DNA from: Promethearchaeota archaeon Loki_b32 | GTDB taxonomy: Archaea > Asgardarchaeota > Lokiarchaeia > Sigyniarchaeales > SOKP01 | NCBI GenBank assembly: GCA_005223125.1 | Contig: NJBH01000008.1 | Coordinates: 81,206 to 145,205, forward strand | Direction: 5' to 3' | DNA: 64,000 bases | Notes under the pieces: model-generated | The model's database searches: none | Seen by the model: only the letters and a program-made list of their open reading frames with translations | What the model was told of the DNA's origin: nothing | Shown: positions 18,557-27,911 of the stretch, piece by piece | Numbering within the stretch: the first letter of the stretch is position 1 | Layout of the letters: every line of letters begins with the position of its first letter | Translations under genes and position numbers: made by a program

Positions 18557-19744
18557 CTATAATCTATTTATAACAATATTTCTAATATATTCATTACTTA
18601 AATTGACAGGATTATTTTTTAAACTAGTTTTTTCTACGATTTTCTCAATATCTTCATATGTAATCCCATATTTACCTAACCGATTAATTTTTAATTTATC
18701 TGTCCATTTTTCAAGCGTTTCTATTAACATTGAGCAAAATTCATTTATTTTTCCTTCCTCTAAATGATATTTACCTTTCAATAAGGCTCCTATTTTAGCA
18801 TATTTTTTTAATCCTTTTCTACCACCAGATTCTTGTTTTTGGAGCATTTCAATATTAATTTTAGTTGCTTCAGAGAGAAGAGTACCACACACTACCCCAT
18901 GAGGAATTTTGTACATTCCTCCGATTGGAGAAGCTAAACCATGGACAATTCCTAATCCTGCATTAGCAAGAGTAATTCCAGACAGTAATGAGCCATAAGC
19001 CATTGCTGCTCTAATACTTACATCCGATGATCCAGTTGAGCACGCTAATAAAAGATTTTCACCTATATATTTCATACCATTATAAGCTAAAGTGTCTGTA
19101 ATCGGGTTTCTTTTTGAAGAAACATATGCTTCAAGTAATTGTGTGAAAGCATCCATTCCACAAGCTGCGGAAATTGATGGTGGGCATGAAATCATCAGTT
19201 GGGGATCTATAATTGCTACATCAGGAATTAGATTATCATGACGAAGTGATTTTTTAAATCCATCGGGACCTACTTCACTAATTACAGCGTTTTTTGTTGC
19301 TTCACTTCCAGTTCCGGATGTAGTGGGAATTGCTATATAGGGAACTTTTATCCCATCATGACTTTTTTCTCCAATACCTTCAAGATAATTTTTAATAGAA
19401 TTATTTTTAGGTAGCATAGCGGAAATTGCTTTTCCTGCGTCAATAACACTTCCCCCTCCAATCCCAACAACTAAATCAAAACGTTTATCTCTAAATTTTG
19501 CTGTAGCTTCATCTACTAGTGATGGAGATGGTTCACTATAAATAGAAGTTGATGAGAAATTAATTGATTTGTTCTCTAATATTGAAGTAATATCATCCCA
19601 TTTACCTGATTTTTTAAGTGAATTCCCGCCAATTATAAATAGTACATTTTTTCCGAATTTTGGAATAATATTATAAAGTTCATTTAATTTACCAGCACCA
19701 AAAATAATGTATGGGATTCTAGCAAAACTGAAAGATGGAATCAT
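18557..19744 (-). CDS. Iron-containing alcohol dehydrogenase
   Basis: GGGSVIDAGK, PTTSGTGSEAT, DA, GIVHGL, HG. Confidence 0.92.
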   Translation of the reverse strand: MIPSFSFARIPYIIFGAGKLNELYNIIPKFGKNVLFIIGGNSLKKSGKWDDITSILENKSINFSSTSIYSEPSPSLVDEATAKFRDKRFDLVVGIGGGSVIDAGKAISAMLPKNNSIKNYLEGIGEKSHDGIKVPYIAIPTTSGTGSEATKNAVISEVGPDGFKKSLRHDNLIPDVAIIDPQLMISCPPSISAACGMDAFTQLLEAYVSSKRNPITDTLAYNGMKYIGENLLLACSTGSSDVSIRAAMAYGSLLSGITLANAGLGIVHGLASPIGGMYKIPHGVVCGTLLSEATKINIEMLQKQESGGRKGLKKYAKIGALLKGKYHLEEGKINEFCSMLIETLEKWTDKLKINRLGKYGITYEDIEKIVEKTSLKNNPVNLSNEYIRNIVINRL

Positions 19745-19880
19745 AACATTTACCTTTTATCTTTTTGTTAATTCGTGAAAATCATATATTAAACTATAAA
19801 TCTCTTTATAATAGGTAAGATTTATAATTTACTCTAGATATTTTGTTTTATAACACAACTTCGACCTTTAGTGATCTACA

Positions 19881-20222
19881 ATTAAAAAAGTACATGAAAA
19901 AGATTTTGACTATAGAGGTGGAAATTCTGGAGTGAAATATTTAATGAGAGGCCCGCCAGCATCTATTGATTGGGGGATTATTTTACTCAAACCGGGCGAA
20001 CTTATGGGAGATAAAGCACACGGTCATAATATTCTTGATGAAACATTTTACTTCGTAGAAGGTGATGGCGTTATGATAATTGATGATAAAGAATACAAAG
20101 CAATGCAAGGAAGTGTGTTTTTGTGTGAACCAAAAGAAATGCACAACATTAGAAATGATTCAGACAAACCAATAAAAGTCGTATTTATTAAATCTATATA
20201 TGAACCAAATGATAAAATCTAA
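19881..20222 (+). CDS. Cupin domain protein (track start GTG 19932; frame open from ATT 19881)
   Basis: H.H...ETFY...G.G...EP.E.H metal-binding cupin motifs. Confidence 0.8.
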   Translation: MKKVHEKDFDYRGGNSGVKYLMRGPPASIDWGIILLKPGELMGDKAHGHNILDETFYFVEGDGVMIIDDKEYKAMQGSVFLCEPKEMHNIRNDSDKPIKVVFIKSIYEPNDKI

Positions 20223-20244
20223 AATAATAAAAGAGAAATAAAGT

Positions 20245-20634
20245 ATGGCAAAAAAAAAAGCAAAAAAAAAAGGAAAAGGAAAAAGGAGAACTGGTCCTTA
20301 TGTCCCACCTGTAGTAACCCGCGTTAAATTCCCTAGCAAACGGTTAGGTGAAATGTTTGGACGAATAGTAGGGGTTCTTGGAAATGATCGTATGGAGGTT
20401 TTCTGCGAGGATGGAAAGCATCGAATGGGTAGAATCCGGGGAAAAATAAAGAAAAGGGTTTGGATAAGGGTTGCAGATCTTGTGATAGTGAATCCGTGGG
20501 ACTGGGAGACAGAAATACCAGGCAAGATGGGGAAATGCGAGATATCTTGGAGATATATGAAGCATGAAATTTCTTGGCTTGAACGAAGAGGTAAAATACC
20601 CGAGATTTTAAATATAAATAATATACCTTTTTAG
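20245..20634 (+). CDS. eif1a: Translation initiation factor aIF-1A
   Basis: LG..R..V.C.DG..R..RIRGK.KKRVWI...D.V.V.PWD...I.WRY. Confidence 0.95.
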   Translation: MAKKKAKKKGKGKRRTGPYVPPVVTRVKFPSKRLGEMFGRIVGVLGNDRMEVFCEDGKHRMGRIRGKIKKRVWIRVADLVIVNPWDWETEIPGKMGKCEISWRYMKHEISWLERRGKIPEILNINNIPF

Positions 20635-20805
20635 TTAAAAGAATATTTTACAAAGCACAATCACAAATTCAATAAAAAAAGGATATAGAATTATTTCAGT
20701 AGAAAAAGTAAAATTTTTTAATTTTGTATACTATTTTTAATATATACTTATTTTCCAAAAAAAAATTTAAAAATACCCAAATTCAAATAGGATTCGTGAA
20801 ATATA

Positions 20806-21561
20806 TTGGCAGATCAAGAAGAAGATCCAGATAGAAGCAAGAGTGAAGTTGTTGATATTACAGAGGTTACCGTTAAAGGGGAAGATAAAGAAGACCATAC
20901 TACCACTTTATTTGCTGTAAGGACAACGATAAATCAAGAAAGTAATATTTTAAAACAAATATTTTATAGATTTAAAATTCTTGATGTAATTCCTGACATA
21001 AGAGCAATGCTCATAAGCCCCTTGTTGCCAGGATATGTATTTTTCGAAGCTCCTCAGAAACGTAGCGTACAGATAGCAGTTCAGGGAATTCCTCATATTA
21101 AAGGACGAATCGTGCAAAATATCAAACTTATAGAACTTAAACATGTACTTTTACCAAGAAGTGTGACCGAGTATTTAGAAGAAGGTGATACCGTAGAAAT
21201 AATCAGCGGGGTATTTGAAGGATCACGAGCACTCGTAATGCGTATGCCTCACGACACAAGCTCGAGTGAGGAAGTTGTCGTAAGGCTTTTGCAAGAAGAA
21301 ACACCAATTACTATAAAAATTCATGGAGATTATTTAAAATTAGTTGAGAAGAAGAAGCCAATAGATGAGCCAATTCCAAAAGTAAAGGCATCAGTTGATA
21401 CTACAACAGATATGGAAAAAGCAATAAGTTTCGAAGATGAACTTGAAGAATTCGAGGAAGAAATTTCTGAAAGTTATAAAAGCGATGAGATCGAAGAATA
21501 TACTGATGATGAAGAAGAATTAGAGGAAGAAGATGAGTGGGCAAAATTCGATGGATTTTAA
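20806..21561 (+). CDS. spt5: Transcription elongation factor Spt5 (NusG family) with acidic extensions
   Basis: NGN domain FAVRTT..QE, LPGYVFFEA, IPHIKG; KOW LEEGDTVEIISGVFEG; D/E-rich tail. Confidence 0.88.
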   Translation: MADQEEDPDRSKSEVVDITEVTVKGEDKEDHTTTLFAVRTTINQESNILKQIFYRFKILDVIPDIRAMLISPLLPGYVFFEAPQKRSVQIAVQGIPHIKGRIVQNIKLIELKHVLLPRSVTEYLEEGDTVEIISGVFEGSRALVMRMPHDTSSSEEVVVRLLQEETPITIKIHGDYLKLVEKKKPIDEPIPKVKASVDTTTDMEKAISFEDELEEFEEEISESYKSDEIEEYTDDEEELEEEDEWAKFDGF

Positions 21562-21733
21562 ATTAATTTTACATATTTTTTGTGTCAATTAATTACAGAT
21601 TTAAGATATTTTTATCATATGTTTGTTGCGTCTTCCTTAAGAAACGGATTAATAAAAGAATTTTTATAGATAGACTTTTATTAACGTTATAAAAGCGTTA
21701 TATAAACAATCTATTAAATATAATTTCAGTAAA

Positions 21734-22486
21734 ATGATAAAAAACATCTTCATAATGAAAGGGAACACTGGTGAATTAATCTTCTATAAAACTTATGAAG
21801 ATATTTTTAACGTTAAGCTAACGAGCAGTTTCCTAAGTGCAATTTTCTCATTTGTAAAGCAAACATTAAAAACTGAAGCTTTATCTGAAATTGAAGTTGG
21901 ACTTTTCAGATTTATTTTTGAGATTGAAAAAATAGGAAAGGATGAATTACTATTTGCTCTCTTTAGTGATCGTACAGATAATCTTGTTGAACTTAGAAAT
22001 CAGTTGAGAGAAATTAAGAATCAGTTTATTAATAAGTATGATCTTACCTTACTCACTGATAACTTTGATGGAGAAATTTCAAAATTCTTTGAATTTGAAA
22101 AGAATATAGATGCTATTATGGAAAATCATGGCCAGCTAGTCTCAAATGAAATTAAAAAAGACCTTTTAAGTGTTTTTAATGAATTGCATACATTTTCTTC
22201 TTTTGTAGTATCATCTGCTCTATTAACACAGACAGGTAGGGTGATTGTATCCTCTTTAGAACCAAATATTTTATCTGAAATTATTAGACTTCTAGAAGGC
22301 AGATTTATATCTGGAAATTTTAGAGTAAATGAACTTATTTCCTTAGAAAATTTTGGTGTGCTTTCTTTAGTGGGAATTGATGAGCACTTTATATCAGTAA
22401 TTCAATTCAAAAGTAATTGTCCATTCGAGACAGGATTGGTAATCTCAAAAAGATTTTCAAATAGGATACATAAATTAATTTGTTAA
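21734..22486 (+). CDS. Longin-like domain fused to roadblock/LC7-like domain
   Basis: MIKNIFIM..TG.LIF...LTSSFLSAIFSF (longin); SSALLTQTGRVIVSSL (roadblock). Confidence 0.7.
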   Translation: MIKNIFIMKGNTGELIFYKTYEDIFNVKLTSSFLSAIFSFVKQTLKTEALSEIEVGLFRFIFEIEKIGKDELLFALFSDRTDNLVELRNQLREIKNQFINKYDLTLLTDNFDGEISKFFEFEKNIDAIMENHGQLVSNEIKKDLLSVFNELHTFSSFVVSSALLTQTGRVIVSSLEPNILSEIIRLLEGRFISGNFRVNELISLENFGVLSLVGIDEHFISVIQFKSNCPFETGLVISKRFSNRIHKLIC

Positions 22487-22671
22487 ATTTAATGATCCAT
22501 TTTGGTCAGTAACTGATCATTATTATTCATTTCACAAAAAGATTTTTTAAAAAATGTAATATTTTGAATATCGTATATTCGTTTTCCAAAAATTAAAAAG
22601 CATATACACTTTTTCCCTAGTATAATTAATTATCTTATTAATATCAAATATTAAAAAGTGGGGTAAAATTT

Positions 22672-23955
22672 ATGCCAAAGTTTATGAATCAAGCTATTAA
22701 TGATGAAATACTCGATAAACTGAGCCTTAAAAATCGATATTCCTTTGTGAATAATAACTTAATGGCTTTACTTTCACCGGAGCAGTTCAATCACTTTAAA
22801 AAAGTTCAAAAATTCTGCATGAGGTTTGAGAAAAAGAATGAAATCACTCATGGTCCTGAAGAAGACGTATATGATTGGATTCCTACTTTCGGAGCTGAAG
22901 GTTATATCACAAGAGCGCATAACTTTGAGATGATCGATGTAGAATATGAAAATTATGGTGCTGTAGCGGATTTTCTTAGATATATTGCTATAGATAATTT
23001 TGATCCTCAGTTTGCTATGGGTAGTGGAGCTACAGTTTTAGCTATAAATCCTATTTATGATCATCATGAAAACATTCCCGGTAGACTTGAAGCGCTAAAA
23101 GATTTGGTTACAGGTCAATCACCAGGATGTATTTGTATTACTGAGCCTGAAAGAGGCTCAGACGCCGTTCACCAATTAACCACCTGTGACGAACAGGAAG
23201 ATGGAAGTTATATCTTAAATGGGGAGAAAATTTATAACACAAATGCTCCTAAATCCAAATGGGCTGTTGTATACGCCACCGCTGAAGCGAATAATGGAAA
23301 TTTAATGGCTCAATTTTTAGTTAATACCAATTGGGAAGGATGGAATTGCGAAAGAGTCGGAATACCTTACGTTGATAAGCTTTATCTTGGTCATGAATAT
23401 TTAGAAAATTTAAGGGTACCAAAGGAATATATATTAGGACCTGTTGGTAAAGGGAGAGAACATCTTTTTGAAGGATTGGTTCCAGAAAGAATTGGGATTG
23501 CTTGCGGAGCTATATCACAATGCTGGGGTGCTGTATCTCATGCGGCTATTTATGCTAATATGAGAAGGCAATTTGATCAGGAAATATTGAAATTCCAAGG
23601 TGTTGGATTTCTTTTAACAGACCTCTGGGCAAAGACGACGAATTTAACCTTAGGTTTACTTAAATTTTGCGAAGAGTATGATAAGAAGATGGAAAAGTTC
23701 GAAGGTCATATCCCAGCTAACATTTCTAGAGCATTAGTTGCATCCGCAAGTCAATTTAAATATCATTGCACAAACCTTTCTAAAGAAATCTGTTATGAAG
23801 CTGCCAATTTAATGGGTGGTGCAGGACTCTCTGATAACACATTAATGAACGATTATGTGAACATCTCTAGAATTCAAGAAATTGTCGGAGGTTCAAGACA
23901 AATTCAGCAATACATTATGTCAATGGCGTTAAGGCAGCTATTCAAAATGCTTTAG
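22672..23955 (+). CDS. Acyl-CoA dehydrogenase (paralogue 1)
   Basis: ITEPERGSD, LNGEKIYNTN, R.QF...I.KFQ, MGGAG, EIVGGS..IQ. Confidence 0.92.
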   Translation: MPKFMNQAINDEILDKLSLKNRYSFVNNNLMALLSPEQFNHFKKVQKFCMRFEKKNEITHGPEEDVYDWIPTFGAEGYITRAHNFEMIDVEYENYGAVADFLRYIAIDNFDPQFAMGSGATVLAINPIYDHHENIPGRLEALKDLVTGQSPGCICITEPERGSDAVHQLTTCDEQEDGSYILNGEKIYNTNAPKSKWAVVYATAEANNGNLMAQFLVNTNWEGWNCERVGIPYVDKLYLGHEYLENLRVPKEYILGPVGKGREHLFEGLVPERIGIACGAISQCWGAVSHAAIYANMRRQFDQEILKFQGVGFLLTDLWAKTTNLTLGLLKFCEEYDKKMEKFEGHIPANISRALVASASQFKYHCTNLSKEICYEAANLMGGAGLSDNTLMNDYVNISRIQEIVGGSRQIQQYIMSMALRQLFKML

Positions 23956-24120
23956 ATTTCGGTTGATTTTGCTAATTTTCAACACAAACTATTTTTTCTT
24001 TTTTTTTAATTTATAGAATTATTTTTTATTTTTCGATTTCAGGATAAAAATTTAGAATCTGTTTAATAATTATTCTATAAAACAAGAATTGTTTATAATT
24101 AAAATTGGTTTTCTAATACT

Positions 24121-24585
24121 ATGAAAGAAAAAGATTCTCTAGTTATAAATTTTGGAGAGGCACATTCTGTTAACAGAGGTGTTCGTGTTTGTCTTAATGT
24201 AATAAAGCCTTGTTATAATCTTGGATGGTTTCCTTATAATAGCTTGACTTGGTCATTCTGTTATCGAGAGGAGATATCTAAATATATATGCGCTCTTTTC
24301 AATAGAGATTGTTCTGTATTTTATTTATCAGCTGAGTTGACAAAAAATTCTCCTTTAATCACAAAACCTCCAAAAGAATTAAAAGAAGATTTTCAGGATC
24401 CATTTTATAAAAAAACATTTTTTAGGAGAAGAAGGATTACTCCAAGAGGATACTCTAAACCATGTCATCAACTAGAGTTTTGCCCCTACAACTCTTTAAC
24501 CGATGCTCTTTCACAGTCTAAAAAGATTACTGAATTTACTTGCAAGTTATTTAATAAAGAATGTCCTGTTAAATATCTTGGATAG
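24121..24585 (+). CDS. Hypothetical protein with two Cys-rich repeats
   Basis: KPC..L..(F/C)PYNSLT...C.LFN..C.V occurs twice. Confidence 0.65.
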   Translation: MKEKDSLVINFGEAHSVNRGVRVCLNVIKPCYNLGWFPYNSLTWSFCYREEISKYICALFNRDCSVFYLSAELTKNSPLITKPPKELKEDFQDPFYKKTFFRRRRITPRGYSKPCHQLEFCPYNSLTDALSQSKKITEFTCKLFNKECPVKYLG

Positions 24586-24727
24586 GATGATTCTGAGAAG
24601 GAATACCTCGAGACAGGAATAACTCCAATTTATTAAAATTTTTTAATCTATTTTCATCTACTTGTTTTTTTTAAGAAAGGAAAAAAAATATCAAAAAAGA
24701 AAGAAAATTAAAAAGTATTCTATTATT

Positions 24728-26026
24728 CTATGAAACAGACATCTTGTACAATGTTCTCAATGAAAGAGACATGATATATTGCTGTATCTGTCTCGAACCT
24801 CCTAATATTTCCTGAATCCGAGAAATATTTAAATAATCCTGCATTAATGTATTGTCACATAAGCCTGCCCCTCCCATAAGGTTAGCAGTTTCATAGCAAA
24901 CTTCTTTTGAAAGTGCTGTAGCTTGATATTTAAATTGGCTTGCAGAAGCAACCATTGCTTGAGAAATATTACGAGGTATATCTCCTTCAAATTTCTTGAA
25001 TTTCTCATCAAAACCCTCACAAAATTTAAGCAAACCAAAGGTTAGATTTGTTGTTTTTGCCCATAAATCTGCAAGTAAAAACCCTACACCTTGGAATTTC
25101 AATATTTCCTGATTAAATTGCTTTCTCAAGTTTGCATAAATTACCGCATGAGATACAGCACCCCAACATTGGGCAATCGCTCCACAAGCAATCGCAATTC
25201 TTTCCGGGACAAGCCCTTCAAAAAGATGTTCTCTACCTTTTCCAACGGGTCCTAATATATATTCCTTTGGTACTTTTAGATTATTAAACTTCTCTCTACC
25301 TATAAATATTTTAGGAGTCCAAGGTACTCCAACTCGTTCGCAACTCCATCCTTCCCAATTGGTATTTATTAAGAATTGAGCCATCATATTTCCATTATTC
25401 GCTTCAGCGGTAGCATAAGCGACAACCCATTTGGATTTTGGAGCATTTGTATTAAATATTTTCTCTCCATTTAAGAGATAACTTCCATCTTCCTGTTCCT
25501 CGCACGTGGTTAACATATGAACCGCATCTGAGCCTCTTTCAGGTTCAGTAATAAGAATTGCGCTTGGTGATTGACCTGTAACCAAATCTTTTAGCGCTTC
25601 AAGTCTAACTGGTATGTGTTCATGGTGATCATAAATAGGATTTATAGCTAAAACTGTAGCTCCACTACCCATAGCAAACTGTGTATCAAAATTATCTATA
25701 GCAATATATCTAAGAAAATCTGCAGCTAATCCCCACTCAGGATAATCTAAATCAATCATTTCAAAAGTATGTTGTCGAGTGATGTATCCCTCTGCTCCAA
25801 ATGCAGGAATCCAGTCATATATGTCTTCTTCAGGACCGTGAGTGATTTCATTTTTTTTCTCAAATCTTAGACAAAAACGCTGAACTTTCCGAAAAAAATT
25901 AAATTGTTGTTGAGATAATATTGGAGTCAAATTATTATTAACGAAAGAATATCGATTTTTAAGGCTCAATTTCTCAAGAATCTCATCATTTATTACTTGG
26001 GTCTTAAATTTTTGCTTTTCTGCCAT
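24728..26026 (-). CDS. Acyl-CoA dehydrogenase (paralogue 2)
   Basis: Same motifs as paralogue 1. Confidence 0.92.
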   Translation of the reverse strand: MAEKQKFKTQVINDEILEKLSLKNRYSFVNNNLTPILSQQQFNFFRKVQRFCLRFEKKNEITHGPEEDIYDWIPAFGAEGYITRQHTFEMIDLDYPEWGLAADFLRYIAIDNFDTQFAMGSGATVLAINPIYDHHEHIPVRLEALKDLVTGQSPSAILITEPERGSDAVHMLTTCEEQEDGSYLLNGEKIFNTNAPKSKWVVAYATAEANNGNMMAQFLINTNWEGWSCERVGVPWTPKIFIGREKFNNLKVPKEYILGPVGKGREHLFEGLVPERIAIACGAIAQCWGAVSHAVIYANLRKQFNQEILKFQGVGFLLADLWAKTTNLTFGLLKFCEGFDEKFKKFEGDIPRNISQAMVASASQFKYQATALSKEVCYETANLMGGAGLCDNTLMQDYLNISRIQEILGGSRQIQQYIMSLSLRTLYKMSVS

Positions 26027-26219
26027 ATTTATTCATCCCTTAATATATTTATTTTGATTTTAATTTTATAAAATAGAATTTCAAATTAATTATAAATTTA
26101 TAGTCCATAATAAGGTTCATCCAAATTCTTTAAATATTTTTATTTTCATTTGATTGAAAAATAAAATTAATATGAAATATATTATGAAAATACAATAAAA
26201 ACAAAGGAAGTATAAAAAA

Positions 26220-27506
26220 ATGGAAAAACGATTTGAAACTCAAGTTATAAATGATAAGATTTTAGAAAAATTAAATCTTGCCAACAGGTATAAATATCTC
26301 AATGAAAATCTATTTTCAATTCTTTCTGATGATCAATTTACCTTTTTAAAAGAAGTTCAAGGCTTTTGTTTAAAATTTGAAAAAGAGAATAGTATAACAC
26401 ATGGACCAGATGAGGATATTTACGATTGGTATCCCTCCTTTGGGGATCAAGGATATATAACTCGTCAACATAATTTTGAATGCATTGATTTGAATTATAA
26501 AGAATATGGAATGGCTATGGATTTTATGAGAATATTAGCAATGGATTTTTTTGATCCTCAATTTACTATGGGAAGTGGAGCTACTGTTATTTGCATTAAT
26601 CCTATCTATGAACATCATGAAAACATACCTATAAGATTAGAAGCTTTAGAGGAAATGGTGAGAGGAAAATCACCAGGATGTTTATTAATTACCGAACCTG
26701 AGAGGGGTTCAGACACCGTTCACATGTTAACAACCTGTGAGGAGCAGGAAGATGGTAGTTTTATCTTAAATGGGGAGAAGATTTTTAATACCAATGCGCC
26801 AAAGTCAAAATGGGCGGTCGCTTATGCTACAGCAGAAAAAAACAATGGCAATTTGATGGCTCACTTCTTAATAAATACCAATTGGGAAGGATGGAATTGC
26901 AAACGAGTTGGAATACCATGGACTCCTAAATTATACCTGGGAAAAGAAAAATTAGAAAACTTGAAAGTTCCAAAGGAATATGTACTTGGTGGAATAGGGA
27001 AAGGAAGGGAACACCTTTTTGAAGGCTTAGTACCTGAGAGAATTTCAATAGCAGTGAGAGGAGTAAGTGAGAGTTGGGGGGCATTAGCACATGCCATTAT
27101 CTATGCTAATTTGAGAAAACAATTTGATAAAGAAATCCTACTTTTCCAAGGAGTAGGGTTTACTTTGACAGATCTTTGGGCAAAAACCACAGCGCTTACT
27201 CATGGAATTTTAAAGTTCTGTGAAATCTATGATACCAAAATGGAAAAGTATGGAGGTAAGCTACCTGAAAACATATCACGTGCGATGGTTGCCTCAGGAA
27301 GTCAATATAAATATAATTGTGCTTTGTTATCTAAAAAAGTGTGTTATGAAGCAGCTAACCTCATGGGAGGAGCTGGTCTATGCGATAACACGTTGATGCA
27401 AGACTATCTAAATATATCAAGAATTCAGGAAATTATTGGGGGATCTAGACAGATACAAAATTTCATTATGTCAAGAAACTTAAGAAATCAATTTAAGAAT
27501 TTGTAA
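26220..27506 (+). CDS. Acyl-CoA dehydrogenase (paralogue 3)
   Basis: Same motifs as paralogue 1. Confidence 0.92.
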   Translation: MEKRFETQVINDKILEKLNLANRYKYLNENLFSILSDDQFTFLKEVQGFCLKFEKENSITHGPDEDIYDWYPSFGDQGYITRQHNFECIDLNYKEYGMAMDFMRILAMDFFDPQFTMGSGATVICINPIYEHHENIPIRLEALEEMVRGKSPGCLLITEPERGSDTVHMLTTCEEQEDGSFILNGEKIFNTNAPKSKWAVAYATAEKNNGNLMAHFLINTNWEGWNCKRVGIPWTPKLYLGKEKLENLKVPKEYVLGGIGKGREHLFEGLVPERISIAVRGVSESWGALAHAIIYANLRKQFDKEILLFQGVGFTLTDLWAKTTALTHGILKFCEIYDTKMEKYGGKLPENISRAMVASGSQYKYNCALLSKKVCYEAANLMGGAGLCDNTLMQDYLNISRIQEIIGGSRQIQNFIMSRNLRNQFKNL

Positions 27507-27576
27507 GATTACATTAAAAAATTAGAAGAATTAAAAAGAATAAAACAAAATAAAAGATTTAAACTTGGATATAAGT

Positions 27577-27789
27577 TTATTCTTCTTCCTCTTCTGTTCC
27601 CATTAATTGTTCGACTTTATCCTCGAGGGCTTCAACTTTTTGTTCAAGTTCCTCGATTTTTTTTTTAGTCTCGCATGTTGCACATCCATCATCTTCGCCA
27701 CATTGTGGGAGAGTATCACATACTTCTTGAAGTCCATCCATTTCTTCTAATAACTTATCAACTTCTTCTTGCAATTCATCAATACTCAA
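27577..27789 (-). CDS. Small acidic coiled-coil protein with a central 4-Cys motif
   Basis: Heptad helices flanking CDTLPQC....CATC. Confidence 0.65.
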   Translation of the reverse strand: MSIDELQEEVDKLLEEMDGLQEVCDTLPQCGEDDGCATCETKKKIEELEQKVEALEDKVEQLMGTEEEEE

Positions 27790-27911
27790 ATTTCACACCT
27801 TAATTTTTTTAAGAAAATAAGGACATTATTATTTAATTTTTTTTGGTTTAAAAACTTAAATTAATACGAGACTATTATTTTAAATAATTTTCAAAATTAT
27901 TATAAGAAAAA

